A stretch of 64,000 bases of DNA from NCBI RefSeq assembly GCF_004010195.1, contig NC_057744.1, positions 28,830,365 through 28,894,364 on the forward strand, in the 5' to 3' direction. A model generated the notes under the pieces. It was not told the DNA's origin. It saw nothing but the letters and a program-made list of their open reading frames with translations, and made no database searches. Every line of letters starts with the position of its first letter. Position 1 is the stretch's first letter. This DNA comes from Chiloscyllium plagiosum. Its lineage: Eukaryota. The translations under genes were made by a program, and so were the position numbers. This document shows, piece after piece, positions 12,330 to 24,830 of the stretch.

Positions 12330-13620
12330 GATCATTAATGACTTCATACAACCTGAGCTGATTTGTTATCTTTGAAACTTTTGGCTGGTACCCAGATATT
12401 TGTGACTGGATTTTTGACTCTCACTCTCTGTCCTGTGTGTAGTTGCATTAGTTCTCTACCTGCTCCGCTGTGTTGTACCTATTTCATTTTCCTATGTCTT
12501 TGAGCCACAGTGGCTGGAGTTTGAATCTCCTGAATGGTTATGATGTTGAGACATGTACATTGTGGTAGCCCTGCCTTTGTTGGAACACTGGCATTTACCA
12601 GTTGGAAGATGTTGGAAATCCAAACTGAATTTTCACATTGGTACTGCACTGTGAATGTGCCACTGTATGGATTGGAGTACGTCTGTCTGTCATTAGATGA
12701 GTAGTAGTAATATATTAGCATTTAATCCTACATCCATTTTAGCCTTCAGGGAGTATTAACCTACCTTTTGGAGAGAAATGATGTTGTTTGTTGTAAAAGC
12801 TTCTGATCATTGCATCACTTATATGATGTGTTAAGCTGACAATATGATAGGCTTGGTCATCTTCCAGTTTGCTTTTTGGTTTGGTGGCTATTTGTTGATA
12901 CCTGTGTGTATATTTAGGTCACTTTCCAACTGCTAGCATTATGGTATCGTACCATCTTGTTGATCACCAGGGTGTTGTTCTCAGGTCTGGCTTGGCTTTT
13001 GGAATCCAACAGTAGAAAGCTGTTTTGCTGCTGATTTCACTTTTATCCTCTAAATAGTATTTTAACTACTGTAACTTCACTTTTATATCAGGAAGAGGCT
13101 GCAACTTCATTTTCTTTATTTTTATATAACAATTGGAGAGCTTCTAGCTTGCCTTATATTGAACTTTAAGTAGAAAGCAGGTAAGTCTGCCCACTGGTTA
13201 ACTGAGTTAGCGATCTGACCCTGAAAGATAAGATATATTATGATATATTTGGTCCAGAAATGTTTAACCTTCTGTAAGGATTCTATTACAGGTTGTTAGT
13301 GGAATTTACTACTATAATGTGATGGTTGATGATCGTATGTGATACTTACATTAGCTCCTGAGACATGGGTCTTAGTAGTACTGAAGATTTAAATTAACTT
13401 TTATTATAGCACCCAGTACATACATACACTCCAATCACAGGCACCTGCACAACTGAGCTCAAGCTTAGCAATTCAGCAGCTATATAACATGTTATCTTCA
13501 GGGTGACATGCTGCAAAGGAACTTTGTACGATTGCGACCATTAGGTTAAATGTCATAACATGGTGATGACATCATGAGGGTGCCCTTTAAAAGTATCTCA
13601 CCTTCCTACTGCTTGGCATA
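12330..13620 (-). mobile_element. Probable degenerate Gypsy gag/protease remnant plus LTR-like sequence
   Basis: Only weak decayed similarity to Gypsy gag-pro, in the same orientation as 3560-5140. Confidence 0.3.
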
Positions 13621-14319
13621 GTTCAACGAGAGAGCCTAGCAGAAAAAGGTCTTGAAACATTAAGGATAGAAAAACACCAGGACTTAGTAAGTGAGTTACA
13701 GTTTCACAGGGAAGATTTATAACGACTGCAGCTAGAGAATCTTTCTTTCAAATGTGTAGAAGTAAGCTCTCGGTGTTTTTAAGTATGAAACATGGGAGAA
13801 ATATTCTTTTTACCTGGAAGGAAAACTTAATTGATTCAATGAGTATGACTATTTGTTATGTTAAAAATGTTCTACAAATGCAGGTTTTTATTGTTAAGGG
13901 CTGCATTCAATGACTCCTTTGCACCAATACCAGAGAATGCAAAGAAAGCTTAACTATAAGTTGCACACAGCCAAATCTGTGCTGTTAGCTACTTCCCACA
14001 GGAAGTACATTGTGTAAAATCCAACATTACTGAAGATCCACATCACCCTTGGGTAAACCTTGCTGCAAAACTCACCAAATTATCAACAAAAGTATATCAG
14101 ATAAAGTTTAATGTTGGACTCTATACAGTCAGTCAATTACATTCAAATCTAAATCAACTACACTCAAAACCAGCATTCCTTCTATTTACTCCATCTACTC
14201 TTCCTACTGCCTTGGGAAAGCAGTCAACATCATCAAAGACCCCTTCCGCCTGTTATACTCTCTTCCACCCTCTTCCATCAGGCAGAAGATTTAAGAACAA
14301 CATCTTCCCCACTGTTCTG

Positions 14320-15080
14320 TAGTCATGGAGTTGTACAGCACGGACACAGACCTTTCAGTCCAACTCATCCACGCCAACCAGATATTCAAAACTGATCTAG
14401 TCCCATTTGCCTGCATTTTGTCCATATCTCTCTTAACGCTTCCCATTCATTTACCCATCCAGATGCCTTTTAAATGTTGTAATCGTACCTTCCTCCACAA
14501 CCTCATCTGGCAGCCTGTTCCATACACACACCATGCTCTGCATGAAAACATTGCCTTTCAGGTCCCTTCTAAATCTTTCCCCTCTCACTTTAAACCTATG
14601 CCCTCTAGTTTTAGACTCCCCTACCCTGGGAAAAAGACCTGTTCCTCTCACTTTAAACCTATGCCCTCTAGTTTTAGACTCCCCTACCCTGGGAAAAAGA
14701 CCTCAGTTATTCACCCTATCCATGCCCCTCATGATTTTATAAACCTCTGTAAGGTCATCTCTCAACCTCTGACACTCCAGGGAAAAAGCCCCAGCCTATC
14801 CTACCTCTCCCTATAGCTCAAACCCTGCAAAATTAACAACATCTTTCCAATAGCAGGAAGACCAGAAGAGAACGCAGTATTCTAAAAGTGGCCTCACTAA
14901 TGTCCTGTACAGCTGCAGCATAACATCCCAACACATATACTGAATGCAGTGATTAATAAAGCCAAGCATGTAAATGCCTTCTTCACCACCCTGTCTACCT
15001 GCAACTTCACTGTAAAGGAACTATGCACCTGTACCCTTAGACCTCTTTGCTTGGCAGCCCTCCACAGGACCCCACCATTA
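14320..15080 (-). mobile_element. HER1/CR1 LINE 3' end
   Basis: Minus ORF LFPRVGESKTRGHRFKVRGERFRRDLKGNVF...WNRLPDEVVE and HER1 3' tail. Confidence 0.9.
14581..14703. repeat. Perfect 60-bp tandem duplication with a 3-bp spacer inside CR1
   Basis: 14581-14640 is identical to 14644-14703, separated by GTT. Confidence 0.95.
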
Positions 15081-15379
15081 ATTGTTAACAGACTTATGAA
15101 TGGACTTCACATGTATTGGAGTTGATATTTCTCTGCATCTTCTCTGTAGCTGTAACACTATTTTCTGCATTCTTTCTATTACTTCAATGTACTTATGTAA
15201 GTTGTGGTTTGTCTGGATAACACACAAAACAATAATTTTCACTGTATCTTGGTACGTATGACAATAATAAATCAAGAAATAAAAGGAGGTTATTTTCAAA
15301 ACTCAATTAAGACAATAGAAATTCAAAAGGTCTTGACGCAGCTATTCATTTCTCTTATTGAACAGCTTGGGGATAACAT

Positions 15380-15700
15380 TATAAGGCACATCTTCCATGA
15401 CCTCAGAACATCCTAAAAATCTCAGGTAATTCTAAAGCATAATCACGGTCATGATATAGGAAATGTGCAGCCAGTTTCTACACAGCAAGTTCCCACTAAC
15501 AACAATGAGATAAATAATGAGGTATTCCAGAGTTTTCTTCTCCTGAAATAGTTCCACTGTTCTTCATTAAATAGTACTATGAAACCTTTTCATCTACTGA
15601 AAGAACCTCTGTGTGACCTATTGTCCAGAAAACTGCACCTTATACCATTCAACCCTCCTTCAGCACTGCTTTGAGTTACAGATCTACATTATGCACTTGT
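15380..15700 (-). mobile_element. Deu-domain SINE (SacSINE1/AmnSINE1-like), old
   Basis: ggaaatgtgcagccagtttctacacagcaagttcccactaacaacaatgagataa matches the Deu core also seen at 18320-18690 and 24160-24830. Confidence 0.6.
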
Positions 15701-16766
15701 GCATGTTTTTAGTTTTCTAACATCTATAATTTATTTCAACAGAATAAACCTTTTAAAACGTTTTAGCAAACTGATATAATAGGTCAACTGCCAATTTCTA
15801 CTGCTTAGAAACAGGAGGTTTTCTGTATCTAGAATAGTGAAAGCTCATTCATTGTTTTCCAACGATGCAAGTCAAATAACTGGGACAGTACAGTCAGAAC
15901 TGCTTGAGAGCTGAACTCAAAGCATCAGATTGCAATGTATAAATAAGATTAACAATGGATGGGGAGTTGTTCTGAAGATAAGAGGGTTTTTCTTTGAATA
16001 GTGAAGCCCATTTCATAATCAGATACATTACATGGAATCGATGTATCGTGTAAAGACTGGAATTTCCTAGTGTTTTGTGTTGAGTACCTCAAATTCTGTT
16101 CCTTTGGTTAATATATCTTAGCTAAATTTATCGCTGCAGCCAAATTTCTAATAAATAAAAGAATCAACTCAAAAGAAAAGTCTCGTTGGTTCAACCTCAC
16201 CTCTAAAACAAATTCTCGTCTTACATCATGGGGAGGGGTGGAGGGTGGTAAAATTAAACCGTTTTGGAAGTCTGTCTCACTTTTTGGGGCAGTCAGGGAC
16301 TTCCACCTCCAGTTTGAAAGGAGTTAAACAGTGTTTCACAGTGTGAACGGAGCCAGGCAGAAAAATACGGACCATCTCTGATTCTTTGTGAATTCCACCT
16401 GCCTCATGCAAATTCCCTGAAGGTTTGCTATCACAACTGCAAACCGAAAATTCAAGATCACTGCACTGGGTTTTTATTTCTGGTTAATTAAATAACTTAG
16501 AGACTCCACCGGTTTATCTTAAATATCCGCAAATGTCATTTTGAGATGGAATTTGACTGCAGCAATCGGCGCAATAATGTTTTACTGTTCATGGTATCTA
16601 TGCTGTAATCGTAAACGCTCAGTGTACATGTAAATTGAGATGCTGAAAGTAAAAAAAAAAGCATTTGCCTTTTAATTGTGGATACAAAAATGCTTAAACG
16701 TGTTTAGCACAAATGGAACAAGTAAAACAGCAACCTTCCATTGTGATTTTAAAACAACATTCTTAC

Positions 16767-16827
16767 CATTAAGTACAGCCAGTGCTGTCAGTATTGAAGT
16801 CCAGAGTGTCAACTGCACGGCGTTCAT
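16767..16827 (-). CDS. First coding exon of an unidentified secreted/membrane protein (signal peptide MNAVQLTLWTSILTALAVLN-G)
   Basis: Kozak-like ACCACCATG, 61 nt encoding a hydrophobic 20-aa leader, then a consensus donor G|GTAAG (phase-1 intron). Non-repetitive sequence just downstream of a CpG-rich promoter. Confidence 0.7.
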
Positions 16828-16899
16828 GGTGGTATCCAAAGAGACAGGCAGCTCCGGATTAGTTTCCCTTGAAAGTAATCTCTCGCACTAGAAGCTTGC

Positions 16900-17215
16900 G
16901 AACACACGACCTCAGTTAATTCAGGACACCGACCTGCTGCACTGATGTGGCTGTTTAAATCTCCGCTGGCCGGCAGAGACTGTGATGCAGACCATCAGTG
17001 ATATCCCGCACTGGTGGCCTGAAGTATTTGCAGGCACTCTCCGGTCCCCGGGAGCCGCCTGTCAATCAAAGCCTCTACCTGTCCGGGCATGAAGCCTCGC
17101 CCCGGCACGCACTGGGGGCCAATCGCAAGCAGCGTTTTGTCTGGAGTGGTTTGATTGGCTTACTGTCTGTCAATGAAACTTTACCTGAAGGATGACTCCA
17201 CCCCCAGCCCCCAAA
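16900..17215 (-). promoter_or_regulatory. CpG-rich promoter with CCAAT boxes and PBX/PKNOX-MEIS decamers
   Basis: Local CpG enrichment. TGATTGACAG (minus) at 17059-17068, CCAAT at 17119-17123, ATTGG at 17154-17158, TCATTGACAG (minus) at 17167-17176, CACCC/GC box at 17198-17212. Confidence 0.7.
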
Positions 17216-17399
17216 AACGTGCCTCTGAGTAAAGAATGGGTTTTGTACCCATTGAGAAAAGTGTTTGCAAAAAAAAATTCAGTAATAGTTCTCATTATAC
17301 GTTACCATTAAATCGATAAATAAATTCCTTAACTTCAGGCACATTAAAAGAGTTTCAAATTTATTTATTATTGTTAGGTTTAACAATAATTACTTTAAG

Positions 17400-17650
17400 A
17401 TTATTATGGTGCAGAAGGAGGCCATTTGGCCCATTGTGCCTGCACCAGTTCTATAACCTACTGCCAATCATCTGCCTTTCCCCTATATCCCTAAACACCA
17501 TTTCTATCCAAATAACCATCCAATGCCCACTTGAACACCTTAGCTGAACCTGCTTCCATTACATTTCCAAGCAGTGCATTCCATACCCTGACGACTTACT
17601 TTGTGAGAAAAATTATATTCTCTCACATCACTTTAAATCTATGCCCAATC
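17400..17650 (-). mobile_element. Old CR1 3' end
   Basis: gcagaaggaggccatttggcccattgtgcctgcacc...cagtgcattccatacc is a CR1 3' UTR in reverse. Confidence 0.65.
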
Positions 17651-17729
17651 ATGCTATTATTTCAGTGATTTTTTTAAAAATTCTTTCATGGAATTTACTT
17701 TTGTTATCTGTAATGAAAACAGGTTCAAT

Positions 17730-18030
17730 GGGGGTGGCACAGTGGCTCAGTGGTTAGCACTGCTGCCTAACAGCACCAGGGTCCCAAGTTCGATTCCAAC
17801 CTCAGATGACTGTCTGTGTGGAGTTTGCACATTCTTGCCGTGTCTGCGGCGGTTTCCTCCCACAGTCCAAAGATGTGCAGGTTAGGTGAATTGGCCATGC
17901 TAAATTGCCCATAGTGTTAGGTGCATTAGCCAGAGGGAAATGGGTCTGGGGTGGGTTACTCTTCGGAGGGTCGATGTGGACTGGTTGGGCCGAAGGGCCT
18001 GTTTCCACACTGTAGGGAATTTAATCTAAT
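17730..18030 (+). mobile_element. HE1 SINE
   Basis: Full A/B boxes, V-domain and (TAATC) tail. Confidence 0.92.
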
Positions 18031-18069
18031 ATCTTCCCAACTGCCTTAAAAACAGATCCTGGTATTCCA

Positions 18070-18228
18070 AATAAAACAGAAAAACTGCAGATGCTGAAAA
18101 GCTGAAACAAAGATCAAAATGGCTGAAGAAACTCAACAGGTCTGGGCACCTGTGGAGGGAAAGCAGAGCTAACATTTCGGATCAACAGATACTGCCGGGC
18201 CTACAGATTTTTTTCTGCAGTTTCAGCT
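18070..18228. mobile_element. Penelope pLTR-derived fragment (family B) with partial inversion
   Basis: actgcagatgctg...aaactcaacaggtctgg...ctaacatttcgg, then the inverted cagatactgcc arm. Resembles 37700-37908. Confidence 0.55.
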
Positions 18229-18319
18229 TCACATCCTTGACCCTTACGGCTTAAACACTTTACTATCCATCTCAGCATTAAAATCATCACCACTGCTTTA
18301 ATGCTTCAGGATGTGGTAC

Positions 18320-18690
18320 TGAAACTTGCATTCAAAAATCCTGCATTTGCAGCATGTTTTGCAACGTCAGAAAGCATTTTATTGTCAATGGTACACTTTT
18401 TGAATTGTGGTTGCAATAATACTGCAGGAAGCCAGATCGCCAAATTGCACACAGCCAGCTCCCACAAACAGAAAAGACATGATCTCCCGTTCGCCAACAA
18501 TGTTGGCAGATGGGTAAATGTCTACCTAGGCCAGAAGACTCACATTCCTGTTCTTTGAGCTAACAGTTGAGGCACTTCCTGTCAGAGAGGGCATGTGGGA
18601 TCTCATTTTGATGTCTCATTTGAAAGTGCAGCTGTTCCCTCAGCACTGTACTGCACTGAAGCGTGAATGACGACTTTGCTCTCCTGTTAT
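18320..18690 (-). mobile_element. Deu-domain SINE (SacSINE1-like)
   Basis: gccaaattgcacacagccagctcccacaaacag and tctcatttgaaag...ccctcagcactgtactgcactgaag. Confidence 0.7.
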
Positions 18691-20790
18691 ATTTTGTTCG
18701 TTCATTGAAGATGATGGCGTCAGCTGGCCCAGCAGCTACTGCCCACACCTAGTTGCTTTTAGAAAGTGGTAGTGAGCTGCCTTCTTGAACTGCAGCAGCC
18801 CATTTAAGGTATGTACCCCCATAGTGTTGTGAGGGAGGAGATTCAGGATTTTGACGCAGCAAAACTGAAGTAACAGTGATGTATTTCCAAGTCTGGATAG
18901 TGAGTCTTGGAGGGGAATTTGCAGCTGGTGATATCCCCACATCTGCTTCCCTTGTCTTTCTAGATGATGATGATGCTCATGGGTTTGTAAGGTACTGTCT
19001 AAGGAGTTTTCTACAGTGCATTTTGTGGATGATACACAATGCTACTGCTCAACATTGGTAATGGGTGTTTGTGGATGTGGTTCCAATCAACAAGCAGACT
19101 GCTTTGTCCAGGACAGTGTCAAGATTCTTGGATGTTGTTGTAGCTGCATCCATCTAGGCAAGTTGGGAGTATTCCATCACACTCCTGACTTGTCCCCTAT
19201 AGATGGCAGACAGTCTTTGGGAGACAGGAGATGTGTTACTCGCTGCAGGGTTCCTAGCCTCTGACCTCCTTTTGTAGCTATTGTATTTTTATAGCTAATC
19301 CAGTTCAGTTTCTTGTTAAGTGTAACAACCAGGATGCTGTCAGTGGGGAAATCAGTGAAGGTAACGACATTGGCGATGGTTAGATTCTCTCTTGTTGGAG
19401 CTAGTCATTGCCTGGCATTTGTGTGGTGCAAATGTTACTTGCCAATTGTCAGTCCAAGCCTGGATATTGTCTAGATCTTACCTCATTTGAACTTGGATGG
19501 CTTTGGTGTCTGAGGACTCATGAGTGGTGATGAGCATTGTATAATCATTAGTGAACATTCCCACTTCTCACTTTCTGATGGAGGGAAGGTTGTTGACAAA
19601 GCAACTGACAATGGCATAGCTTAGGACACTACCCTCAGAAACTGAGATGATGACCTCCAACAGCCACAACCATCTTCCTCTGTATCAGGTATGTCTCCAA
19701 ACAGCAAGAATCCATTGGATTTGTTGACTCTAGTTTTGCTAGGTCTCATTGATGCCGCACTCTGTTGAATTATGACCTTGATGTCAAGGTCAGTAACTCT
19801 CACCTCACCTTTGGAATTCTGCTCTTTTGTTAATGTTTGAGCCAACGTCAAAAGCTGAGTGGATCTGGCGGGACTCCAGCTGGGCATCAGTAAGCAAGTT
19901 ATTGTTAAGTAAGAGCTGCTTGATAGCACCATTGATGACACCACCCACTACTTTGATGATGATTAAGAGCAGACTGATGGGGCCGGAGTTGGCCAGGTTG
20001 GATTTTTCCCAGCTTCTGCATACAGGACATACCTGGGCAATTTTCCGCATTGTAGGGTGGACGCCAGTGTTGTAGCTGCACCAGAACAGCTTAGCTAATG
20101 GGCGAGGCAAATTCCAGAGCGTGTGTATTCAGTACAATTGCTGGAATGTTGTCAGGACTCTTGGCCTTTGCAGTATCTTATGATTTCTGCCATTTCTTGA
20201 TGTCCCACAGAGTGAATACAGTTAACTGGCATTTGTGATGATGTAGTTTTCCAGAGAAGGTCAAGCTAGACCATCCACTTAGCATTTCTAGCTGAAGATT
20301 GTAGAAAATGCTTCAGTCTTTTCTTTTACATTGATGTGCTACGTTCTTCCATCATCGAGGATGAAAATACTTGAGAAGCCTCCTTCTCCAGTGAGTTGTT
20401 TAATTGTCCACCAATATTCCTGACTGGATGTGGCAGGACTGCAGAGTGTAGATCTTAGCCATTGGTTGTGGACTCACTTAGCCCTGTCTATCATTTTCTG
20501 CGTTGGCATCCAGGCAACCCTGTTTTATAGCTTCACCAGGTTGACACCTCATTTCTAAGTCTGCTCCAATGCATGCCCTCTTGCACCCTTCATTGAACCA
20601 GAGTTGATCCCTTGGTTTGATGGTAATGGCAGAGTGGGAAATATGCCCAGTCATGAGGTTGCAGATTGTATTAGGGTACAATTCTGGAGTTGCTGATGGC
20701 CTACAGCACCTCATGGATGTCTTGAACTGATTGATCTCTTGATAGTCTGTTTCATTTATCATGGTGATGGTGCTACACAGTATGATGTTA
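18690..20790 (-). mobile_element. CR1/L2-superclade LINE (second family), RT to 3' end, decayed
   Basis: Minus ORFs KSNLANSGPISLLLIIIKVVGGVINGAIKQLLLNNNLLTDAQ, EVRVTDLDIK and ITIKPRDQLWFNEGCKRAC. Confidence 0.85.
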
Positions 20791-21329
20791 TTAAAACCCA
20801 TGACTTTGTAACTCAAAGATGAATTCTACCAATTGTGCTAATTTATTTCCACAGAAATGGTTAAATCTCAACAATTGGTTATTTCCGTCTACATGTCAAA
20901 CCACAAGTGGAACAAGGCATAAAAGGCAAGATCGCAATTCAAGTCAACTTTAAAATGTCACTGTCCTTCCCTTTCCCTGGACATTTTATATTGGATAAAC
21001 AATGTGAATCTTCTACTCATGCTTGCAACAGTAAACAGGGTCATTGACATATAACCATTTGTTGATTATTTGCAAAAACACGTTCAAATTTTGTTAATAA
21101 TTTCCCTGTACTCCTTAGTCTGGGGGTTTGTTGAACTTCAGTTTCTGCTCATTACATTTGTATTTTTGGTTAATTATTTCCTCCCTTTTCCTTCAATTTT
21201 CTCCCTAATTTGGCAGTCTCAGTCTTAAGAACATCCCTGCAATAAGACCAAAAAGTTGGCATTATTCTTGATATTTTGTAAATTTTCTTTGGCCTTTTCA
21301 TGATTGGCAATGGCTCCATCTTGCTCTTT

Positions 21330-21785
21330 CTAAAGTAATAAGGTGCATGTTGATATTGTATAACATGAAGAAGGGAGGAGAAGGAGGAATATATTACATT
21401 TCAAATGGGATTTCCCTATGGTTGTAGGTGTTTCTCCATTATTAACGCTCTCACCCTTTGAATTGGATGTTGCATGTTCAAGCCCCATTCTGGATACAAA
21501 GTCTCCCTCAAGGATGTCTGTTTGATCAAATACCTGCCTTTCTATAGGGATAGAAGGATCCCACAGCATTGCTTTGAAGAGAAGCAGATGAAATTTCCCC
21601 ACAGTCATGGCTATTTGTATCTCAATGAGCAGAGTATGGGACCATTATTATATCACAGTATATACGATCTTCCGGTGAGCAAATTGATTACTGTTTTTCT
21701 ATGTCAATGTTGGAACACTTGTTGGGCTGGAAATCACTTTGGGATAACCTGCGATTGTGAAGAGTGCTACAGAAATGCATTTTTT
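21330..21785. mobile_element. Old SINE fragments (tRNA/Deu-like)
   Basis: ttcaagccccattct...ttgaagagaagcagatgaaatttccc...gaaatcactttgggataacc...gtgctacagaaatgc resembles a Deu-SINE with an L2-type tail. Confidence 0.4.
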
Positions 21786-22229
21786 TTTACTATAAGGCTG
21801 AAAAACAGTTTTCTTTATGTCAATAAGCAGAGCAATATCAAGTCCAAAATCTGATTCCTGATGTATGCACAGCTGGGGGGAGGGAGGATGGCGTGGGGGT
21901 GGGGTAAAATTAAAAAGCAGTACTACAAAGTTATTACTCTGATTACTATCAAAGCCATGACCAAATTGGCATGAGGTCAATAAGATTGGAGAGTTGGATA
22001 CATGCCTGAAAGATTGGGGTGACAGAAGTGGGTTTTAATTTAAGCGACACTGACTCCAGTACTAGAGAAAGAGGGAACTCTATCGATGGGACAGACTGCT
22101 TGAATTGTGCTCAAAACCCGCAGCCATGGCAAATTTTACAACTCGGATCATAAAGAGGACTTTAGAGAAATCAAGGGTACGGGATGGAGAAGGGTTCACA
22201 TGAAGGGAGATTGAGAGAATTAGAAAAGA

Positions 22230-22490
22230 CGGTGCAGGGTAACAATATGGATAGTGATAATCAGAGCATGATGGGAAATAACAAAGCATACAAATGAAAA
22301 AATGTACAAGCAAATAGAGTTTGAATAGGAAAGAAAATTTAAAAAGACAGGATTCAAAGCTCTGTTTCTGAATGCAAGCAGCATTTGCAACAAGATGGAT
22401 GGATTGATGGCACAGATAGAAATAAATGGATATCAAATGGTAGTCATTACAGAGATGTGATTGCAAAGCGACCAAGAACTGAATATTCAA
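22230..22490 (+). mobile_element. CR1 ORF2 endonuclease N-terminus fragment
   Basis: FKALFLNASSICNKMDGLMAQIEINGYQMVVITEM*LQ, the APE domain start. Confidence 0.75.
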
Positions 22491-22639
22491 ACCCAGAGAT
22501 CTCTTGGCCCTTCGATTGCTCCTTCGTTTACTAAATCTCCAGGGAAAGATTGTTCTAGAAATGGGTTGCTGTTGTACTTGTCAGAAACTGACCAATTCAG
22601 AGACTCACTCACTCTATGATTATTGTCAGGTGGTAACCA

Positions 22640-23246
22640 TAGAATCCGTGTAGAGGCATAGAGACGTACAGCACGGAAAGAGACCCTTCGGTTCAACTCG
22701 TCCACGCCGACCAGATATCCCAACTCAATCTAGTCCCACTTGCCAGCACCCGGCCCATATCCCTCCAAACCCTTCCTATTCATATACCCATCCAGTATCC
22801 TTTTAAATGTTACAATTGTACTCATCTCCACCACTTCCTCTGGCAGCCCATTCCACACACGTACCACCCTCTGCGTGAAAATGCTGACCCTTAGGTCTCT
22901 TTTCTATCTTTGCCCTGTCACACTAAACCTATGCACTCTAGTTCTGGACTCTAGACCTTGTCTATTTACCCTATCCATGCCCCTCATGATTTTATAAACC
23001 TCTATAAGATCACTCCTCAGCCTCCAACACTCCTGGGAAAGCAGCCCCAGCCTGTGCAACCTCTCCCTATAGCTCAAACCCTCTAAGCTTGGCAATATCC
23101 TTGTAAATCTTTTCTGAACCCTTTCAAGTTTCACAACATCCTTCTGATAAGAAGACAACCAGAATTGCACATAATATTCCAAAGGTAGCCTAACCAATGT
23201 CCTGTACAAATGCAACATGACCTCCCAACTCCTGTACTCAATACTA
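22640..23246 (-). mobile_element. HER1/CR1 LINE 3' end
   Basis: IEYRSWEVMLHLYRTLVRLPLEYYVQFW...LERVQKRFTRILP in the minus ORF. Confidence 0.92.
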
Positions 23247-23540
23247 AGGGTGGAAGTAGGGTATTTGGCCCATTGATTACACACCACCCCTTCAAACAGC
23301 ATCCCACCCAGATGCCCACCCCTCCTCCATACCTGTATTCCTGCATTTCCCATGGCCAATCCACCTAAGCTGCTCATCTTCAGACTGTGGGAGGGAACTA
23401 GAGCACCCAAAGGAAACTGATGTAGACATGGGGGGGGAATGTACAAACTCCACACAGACAGTCACCTGAGGCTGGAATCGAACCCAGATCCCTAGCACTG
23501 TGAGATAGCAGTGCTAACCACTGAGCCACTATGCTGCCCC
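23247..23540 (-). mobile_element. HE1 SINE
   Basis: Reverse-complement HE1 with head ...gctaaccactgagccactatgctgcccc. Confidence 0.88.
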
Positions 23541-23589
23541 CATAATCAATGACATCTAGATTTGGATCCAAATTGGGTGCCCCTTCACA

Positions 23590-23784
23590 ATGTGGAGTTT
23601 GCACATTCTCCCCCGTGTCTGCGTGAGTTTTCTCCGGGTGCTCTGGTTTCCTCCCACAGTCCAAAGATGTGCAGGTCAGGTGCATTAGTCAAAGGGAAAT
23701 GGGTCTGGGTGGGTTACTCTTCAGAGGGTCGGTGTGGACGTGTTGGGCCAAAGGGCCTGTTTCCACACTGTAGGGAAACTAATC
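23590..23784 (+). mobile_element. HE1 SINE, 5'-truncated
   Basis: Starts at the V-domain tgtggagtttgcacattctcccc and ends at the tail. Confidence 0.88.
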
Positions 23785-24159
23785 TTTAAAAAAAACTCTT
23801 TTTAATAACATCAAAATCCATTTTAACAATAATACCAGGACACTAGCTTTGGTCATTTAGCTTTACATCTGGGACATGTGTCATCTGATCCCTGACTGAG
23901 CAGTAAATCACAAAGGGAACGGGCTAAAGACTGATATTGGATTGTCGCCAACATATCCAACTCCTCCTTTACATTAGAAAAAGATTATTAGAATGAGCAT
24001 GTTTTCTGGATTACAATCAATAGTACCCTCTTGAACTTTGAGAAGAAATCCCAGTGGAAGGAAGACTGCAGAGGCCCCACAATCCTGTCTTTCCCTCCAA
24101 CCTGGACTCAGGCCGATATAGCATGCCCAAAGTGTGTTACACGTACATAGCCTCTTGGT

Positions 24160-24830
24160 GCTGCTCATGACTCTGCTGCAGCCCTCCCGCTTCTGAGTTA
24201 TGATTCCTACACTTGCTCCAGAGACCTGCGCACAAGCTTTAGGCTGGTGCTACTAACACAACACTGAGGGATTGCAGCAATGCTAGAGGTGTCATCTTTC
24301 AGATCAGATGTTAAAAATAGACTCCCCACAGTGTGGAAGCAGGCCATTTGTCCCATTAAGAACTACCAACCCTCCAAACAGCATCCTGCTAAGACCTCCC
24401 CCTCCCCCCATCCCTGTAACCCTGCATTTGCCATGGCCATTCCACCTAGCCTGCACATCTTTGGACTGTGGAATGAAACTAGAGCACCCAGAGGAAACCC
24501 ACATAGACCCGGGGAGAATATGGAAACTCTACACCAACAGTCAACCAGGTCCCTGGCACTGTGAAGCAGCAGTGCTAACCACTGAGACACCGTGCCACCC
24601 AGTAACTCTTAGGTATATTGTAAAATTATACCATTTGAAGACAAGAAGAGACATTGTCTCTGATCAATCCTTATCCCTCAACCAACTTCACTAAATCAGA
24701 TGATCTGGCCATTATTACATGGCTCTTGGTAGGATCTTGCTATGTACAAGTTGGCAGCCATTAATCCTGTATTGTAACAGCAACTACATTTTGGAATACA
24801 TTGTAATTATTGAACACCATTAGTGTGTTC
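24160..24830 (+). mobile_element. Deu-domain SINE (SacSINE1-like) split by HE1
   Basis: actgagggattgcagc..gtcatctttcagatcagatgttaaa and ttatccctcaaccaac..cagatgatctggccattattaca..ggatcttgctatgtacaagttggc. Confidence 0.7.
24318..24600 (-). mobile_element. HE1 SINE
   Basis: Reverse HE1 with head gtgctaaccactgagacaccgtgccaccc. Confidence 0.88.

Larger units (their letters stand above)
14180..15275 (+). mobile_element. Rex1/Babar-type LINE 3' end, split by a CR1 insertion
   Basis: KAVNIIKDP....LFHPLPSGRR.KNNIFPTV continues after 15080 as VNRLMNG, then a 3' UTR ending cactgtatcttggtacgtatgacaataataaatcaa. Confidence 0.7.
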
